Shown: positions 59,679 to 64,000 of the stretch, in pieces | Layout: every line of letters begins with the position of its first letter | Position numbering within the stretch: the stretch's first letter is position 1 | The notes under the pieces: generated by a model | Told to the model about the DNA's origin: nothing | The model's input: the letters and a program-made list of their open reading frames with translations, nothing else | Database searches by the model: none | Program-made: the position numbers and the translations under genes | From: Phoronis australis | Lineage: Eukaryota > Animalia > Phoronida | Assembly: GCA_002633005.1 (NCBI GenBank) | Contig: NMRA01000534.1 | Span: forward strand, 62,001-126,000 | Reading direction: 5' to 3' | DNA: 64,000 nucleotides

Positions 59679-62189
59679 CTGAAAATATTTCACGAAACGG
59701 CAACTGTATCAACTCAAAAGTTAGAGAACGAAATTCATGTCGATTATGACTTTGGCAGCACCAAAATGAAAATGAGGAGCTGGCCAAGAAATTGAACAAT
59801 TAACCAATTTACTTTTCAGGCAGCAAACTGAAATGCAAACCCTTAATTAAAAGTTAATTTGTTTATTAACTATCAACCTGAATAACAAAAAGTACACTCA
59901 TGTCTTCAACCAAGTTTGTTTCAATGAAAGGCTGCTACCAAACTATACTATTATAAAAAATATAATTGGTTAAATCATAATTTCTATTACTTCAATTTTA
60001 TTTTTGTGCATAATAACCATATGTGATGAATTAAGGCGATACTTATCACACTGAAATTAAAAACAAAGTGCAGAGGGACTACACAGCAGTCGAGTGGCTT
60101 ATTGAGTAAGTCTACCAATTTCCTCCAAAGCCACAAAATGTTATCTTTTCAACAGTGTAATCACAAATGAACTGAGTAAACAATGCAACAAATCATCTCC
60201 AATCTTCCATAGAGGAACTATTGTAAATTCTCTTCAATTCTCCATTTTTCATGCATTTCGTATTAACTTTTTACGGTAAAATGCATACATATGACACTGA
60301 GAATGTGTCATATGCCATCATAATGTTGACAGTTTCAGACTTAACAAGTTTGATTGAATGTTTGTTGTTTTACAAGCCCATTTAAAGTGTTCACATGAAC
60401 CAGAGTTTGCTAGAGGCTGTGTCTTGTCATTTGACACAACCAAGTTAAAAAGACCCATATTGACCTTATGGGTGTGTCACTCAGACAACATTTTTGATAA
60501 GTTATAAGAAATAAAACTGAAGAAAAGAAAATCGTTCATTTTGTTTCACGTTTATAACCATAAAAATTTCACTAGATTCACCTAATTTTTACAGTATAGT
60601 GCACCATATCGTTCTATGCTAGTGTAATAATTTCTGAACTGTTTTCTTCAATCCAAGAAATGGAATGGAATTTTTTAAAGTGGGTCCATTGGACTCCAGT
60701 GTTTGAAAGTGATGGGCAAGCACTGTAAAATGATTGCATTATTTACAAAATCCACCAGGAAACTGCCTTTAATCGCCAAGCCATTCAGTATACCACAACA
60801 ACCAATAAAATACCTGATGGAGGAGTGGGCCAGGTCCTCATCTGCACCTATAGCACGCAAAACATAAGATGGCTCCAGGGAGGCAGATGTACAGGCACTA
60901 CATTGGAACAAAATGTCTGTGAGACAGCAGTGAACAACATTGACCAGACATGATAAGAGACAGAAAACAAGGTCGATATCAAGGTAGCTGAGTCAAAATA
61001 ATGTTTCATGAGAGGAATTATCAAGCACTTTGAGGTTATGTCTAACTTTATCGACAAATCTGCACACCCAGCCAAATATTTACAAAATGGCAAAATTTAA
61101 CAATGAGAAAACTGTATATTTTTTGAAAATAGAAAGCTTGTGACATTTGATTTCTGACTTTTCACCAATCTTCCAGTAACTGGTCAAAAAAAGATAGGCA
61201 CAATCTTAGCAAATTAATAGTATCAATAATGTGACCAAATTTCATTTGATATACATTTTCAAGGTGAAAAATCTTAAACGCATTGTTACAGTTTTCTAAG
61301 TTAGCATTTCATTTTCGTTTATGCAACTTTTCATTTTTTCATAAAAGTTTAAAGGTCTATATTCAATATACCCCCATGCAAAAGTGGACTAACTGAAAAA
61401 CAATGCGAAACAGCATCTTAGACAACAGTGAGCAAATCATTGCATCTGAAACTTAAATATGAATCCGATCAGCCATTTGTCAGATAAGATTTCCGAAGTT
61501 AGCCCAATTTGGGCATTTTTCTAGTCCTACATAACCGGGACATAATGTCAAAATCTCCTTGTGCAAAATATCACAACCTTAGTAATTACGAAACATTCAC
61601 GATAAAAACAGTAAAAAATTAATTATTTGGCTTAAAGTCAGAGCTTGTACCAAATTTTATAATTACGTAATATTGACCGTCCCAAATTCAAGAATTGTGA
61701 TCGTGGACAAACGAGCATTCATCTCCATGTTACAGACTACAGGGGTGCATAAAATGTAGAGTCCGTGACTATTTTTGATGATTATATAAACCGCCTATTT
61801 TCAGACTCTTGATACAAAATGCAAATATGATGACGCCAAAATCGCCAATGTCCCGATCTTCAGAACCGAACAATTCAATTGCAGGCTGAATTTCAGAGTC
61901 CCAAATATTTAGGAAATTGTCCCAAACTGAAGAATATTTACCCTAACTCTTATATATCAATGGCACAATCTCTGACCATACTAAAACATTACACATGAAC
62001 TGACATCTAGTACCACAACTCAGAAACTAAATCAGACTCAAAGATTTGCATATTCATTCTCATTGGAGTCAAATAGCCAAGACTGGAACCAATGGAAGTA
62101 AACACACCTGCCAGATGACAATGCGATGTCTTTGAGGGCCATCAATAAACTTTCACCCTCCACAAATGCAAAGGACAGGTTTAAACATC
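59525..62189 (-). CDS. NFS1: Mitochondrial cysteine desulfurase NFS1, last three exons (5' part outside window); join(62108..62189,60814..60897,59525..59678)
   Basis: [61 protein letters not shown]...[22 protein letters not shown]; catalytic Cys loop SSGSAC; GT-AG junctions in phase. Confidence 0.95.
60814..60897 (-). CDS. NFS1: NFS1 exon ([14 protein letters not shown]...HSSIR)
   Basis: tgtag|, |gtattt; phase 2-2. Confidence 0.93.
61034..61536. mobile_element. Kolobok-like MITE copy in NFS1 intron
   Basis: ggttatgt ... gtcctacataacc with the family core. Confidence 0.68.
62108..62189 (-). CDS. NFS1: NFS1 exon (GCLNLSF...ALSSG)
   Basis: ttttcag|, |gtgtgt; phase 1-2. Confidence 0.93.
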
Positions 62190-62872
62190 CTGAAAATACA
62201 CACAAGTTTAGTGTCGTCCTGCACATGGAAATAAGATAGAAGACTAATAGTTTAATTGTATAAGCGGGCCTTTAGCACCATGTGCGTTGAAATGTCTACA
62301 TTTTGTAAAATCTCATCAATGTAGGACACAATAAGGCAGACAATTTGAAATTTTGTTTTCTTGTTTTTCAATAAAGCACCAAATTATTGATTTTCCATGC
62401 TCAAGATTTGTACCATAGCTGCTACTGCCAGACAATAGTTTGAAAAAAATGTGGGCATTTGTAGCAATAATAGAAGCAAGAAAAATGAAAATAATTTTAG
62501 CAATTATTTATGTCCGAAATTGGTGAGATTTACAACAACAGTTGTGTAACATACATGTAAACATTTATACTTTTCATTACAATGATCTCTACGAGTATCA
62601 GTAATTACAATGACAATAATTTAATTATAGATTCGTCTAAAAATAGCTGCCACAAGTAATAACAGTGGCCTTGGATTTTCTGTAATAAAAATAACAATAC
62701 TTAACAACATGCTTTTATCTCATAACTGTGCTGAAAATATTTGTATCATTATGAAGGAAGACTGTGTTGATACATCTTTGCATAACCAAGTAATGAATGT
62801 GCATTTGGTTCAGCAGAAATGTTTGCATAAAGAATGACTACTGGTTTAATGTCACTATCATTGAATGCATAA

Positions 62873-62945
62873 GGCTATGTAAGAACTTTTTGACGAATCT
62901 GTACACTTAACAGCCAAATATCTTCAAAACTATGGATTTTAATCC
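62873..62945. mobile_element. Kolobok-like MITE left end, truncated
   Basis: taa|ggctatgtaaga...gacgaatctgtacac...gccaaatatc matches the family left end. Confidence 0.55.
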
Positions 62946-62959
62946 AGTAAAAATATATA

Positions 62960-63860
62960 CGGTAAAGTCGCGTGATTTTCGGACGGCCCGCCATTTTCGA
63001 CCAAGATTAAATATTTCCGAAATGAGTTTTTCATAGTCCACGAAATTCGTACAAGGTCCAAAAACTGTTTTTTAATGATTTTCGAACTTCGGACAATGTC
63101 ATAAACGTCGGATTATTGCCCCGCGACTTTCGGACAAGGAAAATTTTAGAAACGCTAATTTGGGATCGACGCAACTCCCGTGTCACTAAAGCGTTCAACG
63201 GATGATTACTACTCTATAAGGCTTGAATCTGAGAATTGGTGTAACGGGCTTTGTAATTTTTACCTTGTCTTGACGATGTCATGACCGTTACTCGATTGTC
63301 TTGCGTTTAGCTTGTGTTTAGTGCTTTAGCTATTGAAAGAGTCACCGAGTCCGGCATGACGAAAATTTCTGATGAAAATACAAATGGGAAATACACCGAA
63401 GGCTGCAGTTTTTCGTTGTAGCGTAACATGTGCTCTGGTTTAATTAGACCGTGTTGTTCGACTTCGGATTGTGACATTGAACTTGCACGTCTGACATCAA
63501 CTTGCGTGTTTACGAAACGTTTTTATTTTTAAAACGTCCTGGCCTTTGCAAATGCCCTTGTTAGTGGCTAAAATCTCCGGCGACGTGTCCCGATTTTATT
63601 CTTGACGTGATGAGAAATATTTTTTGTTTAGGCCTCTATTCACAATAGGCCACAGCTAAGTCTGTCTGTAGGATATCGCGCCTTCAAAGTAATGTAGATA
63701 GTGAACAGCAGCAGCCGAATGAGACGGAGCCAAAGTAAAGCTGGTTAAAAATCAAACATAGTGCAAGGCCCAGCACTCAGAAAGGGGCGCGGCGCACACG
63801 CAATTGTTACAGAGACATTGCATCCCTGTCCTATGTTGTGTAAGCGCCGGTGTGCTATAA
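62960..63860. mobile_element. Probable DNA transposon end (Tc1/mariner-pogo-like terminus), CpG-rich
   Basis: TA|CGGTAAAGTCGCGTGA start, repeated subterminal ttcggac motifs, abrupt compositional change; other end not seen. Confidence 0.4.
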
Positions 63861-63894
63861 CACATATCAAAAACTAATGTACATCCACGTAACN

Positions 63895-64000
63895 GCCAAA
63901 CCCTTCAATATCAAATGCTAACAACATATTCAAACATTACTAGCCAAACCCTTCAATATCAAATGCTAACAACATATTCAAACATTACTAGCCAAACCCT
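63895..64000. repeat. 48-bp tandem repeat running off the window end
   Basis: gccaaacccttcaatatcaaatgctaacaacatattcaaacattacta x2.2, starting right after the N at 63894. Confidence 0.9.

Overview
Eukaryotic (animal, probably lophotrochozoan invertebrate; inferred), AT-rich, intron-rich genomic DNA. Reading splice sites by hand gives three genes. (1) On +, the 3' part (13 coding exons, 89-28096, about 945 aa in window) of a puratrophin-1/PLEKHG4-family spectrin-DH-PH RhoGEF whose last coding exon is a single Val codon completing a C-terminal TDV PDZ ligand. (2) On -, a complete 21-coding-exon ACAD10 (51581-29045, 1053 aa; HAD + APH-like kinase + acyl-CoA dehydrogenase), convergent with the RhoGEF. 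(3) On -, the last three exons of NFS1 cysteine desulfurase (62189-59525). Introns and intergenic DNA carry a degraded non-LTR retrotransposon RT, two Penelope-like GIY-YIG relics, about 7 copies of a TTAA-flanked Kolobok-like MITE, foldback elements and tandem repeats. The most interesting signal is the ACAD10 locus. It has a hidden paralogous terminal exon (48112-48035) that would give a stand-alone 247-aa HAD phosphatase, a mitochondrial presequence together with a C-terminal SKL, an internal MPP-like cleavage motif, and a perfectly duplicated splice donor. All gene models are predictions from sequence alone, without transcript evidence.
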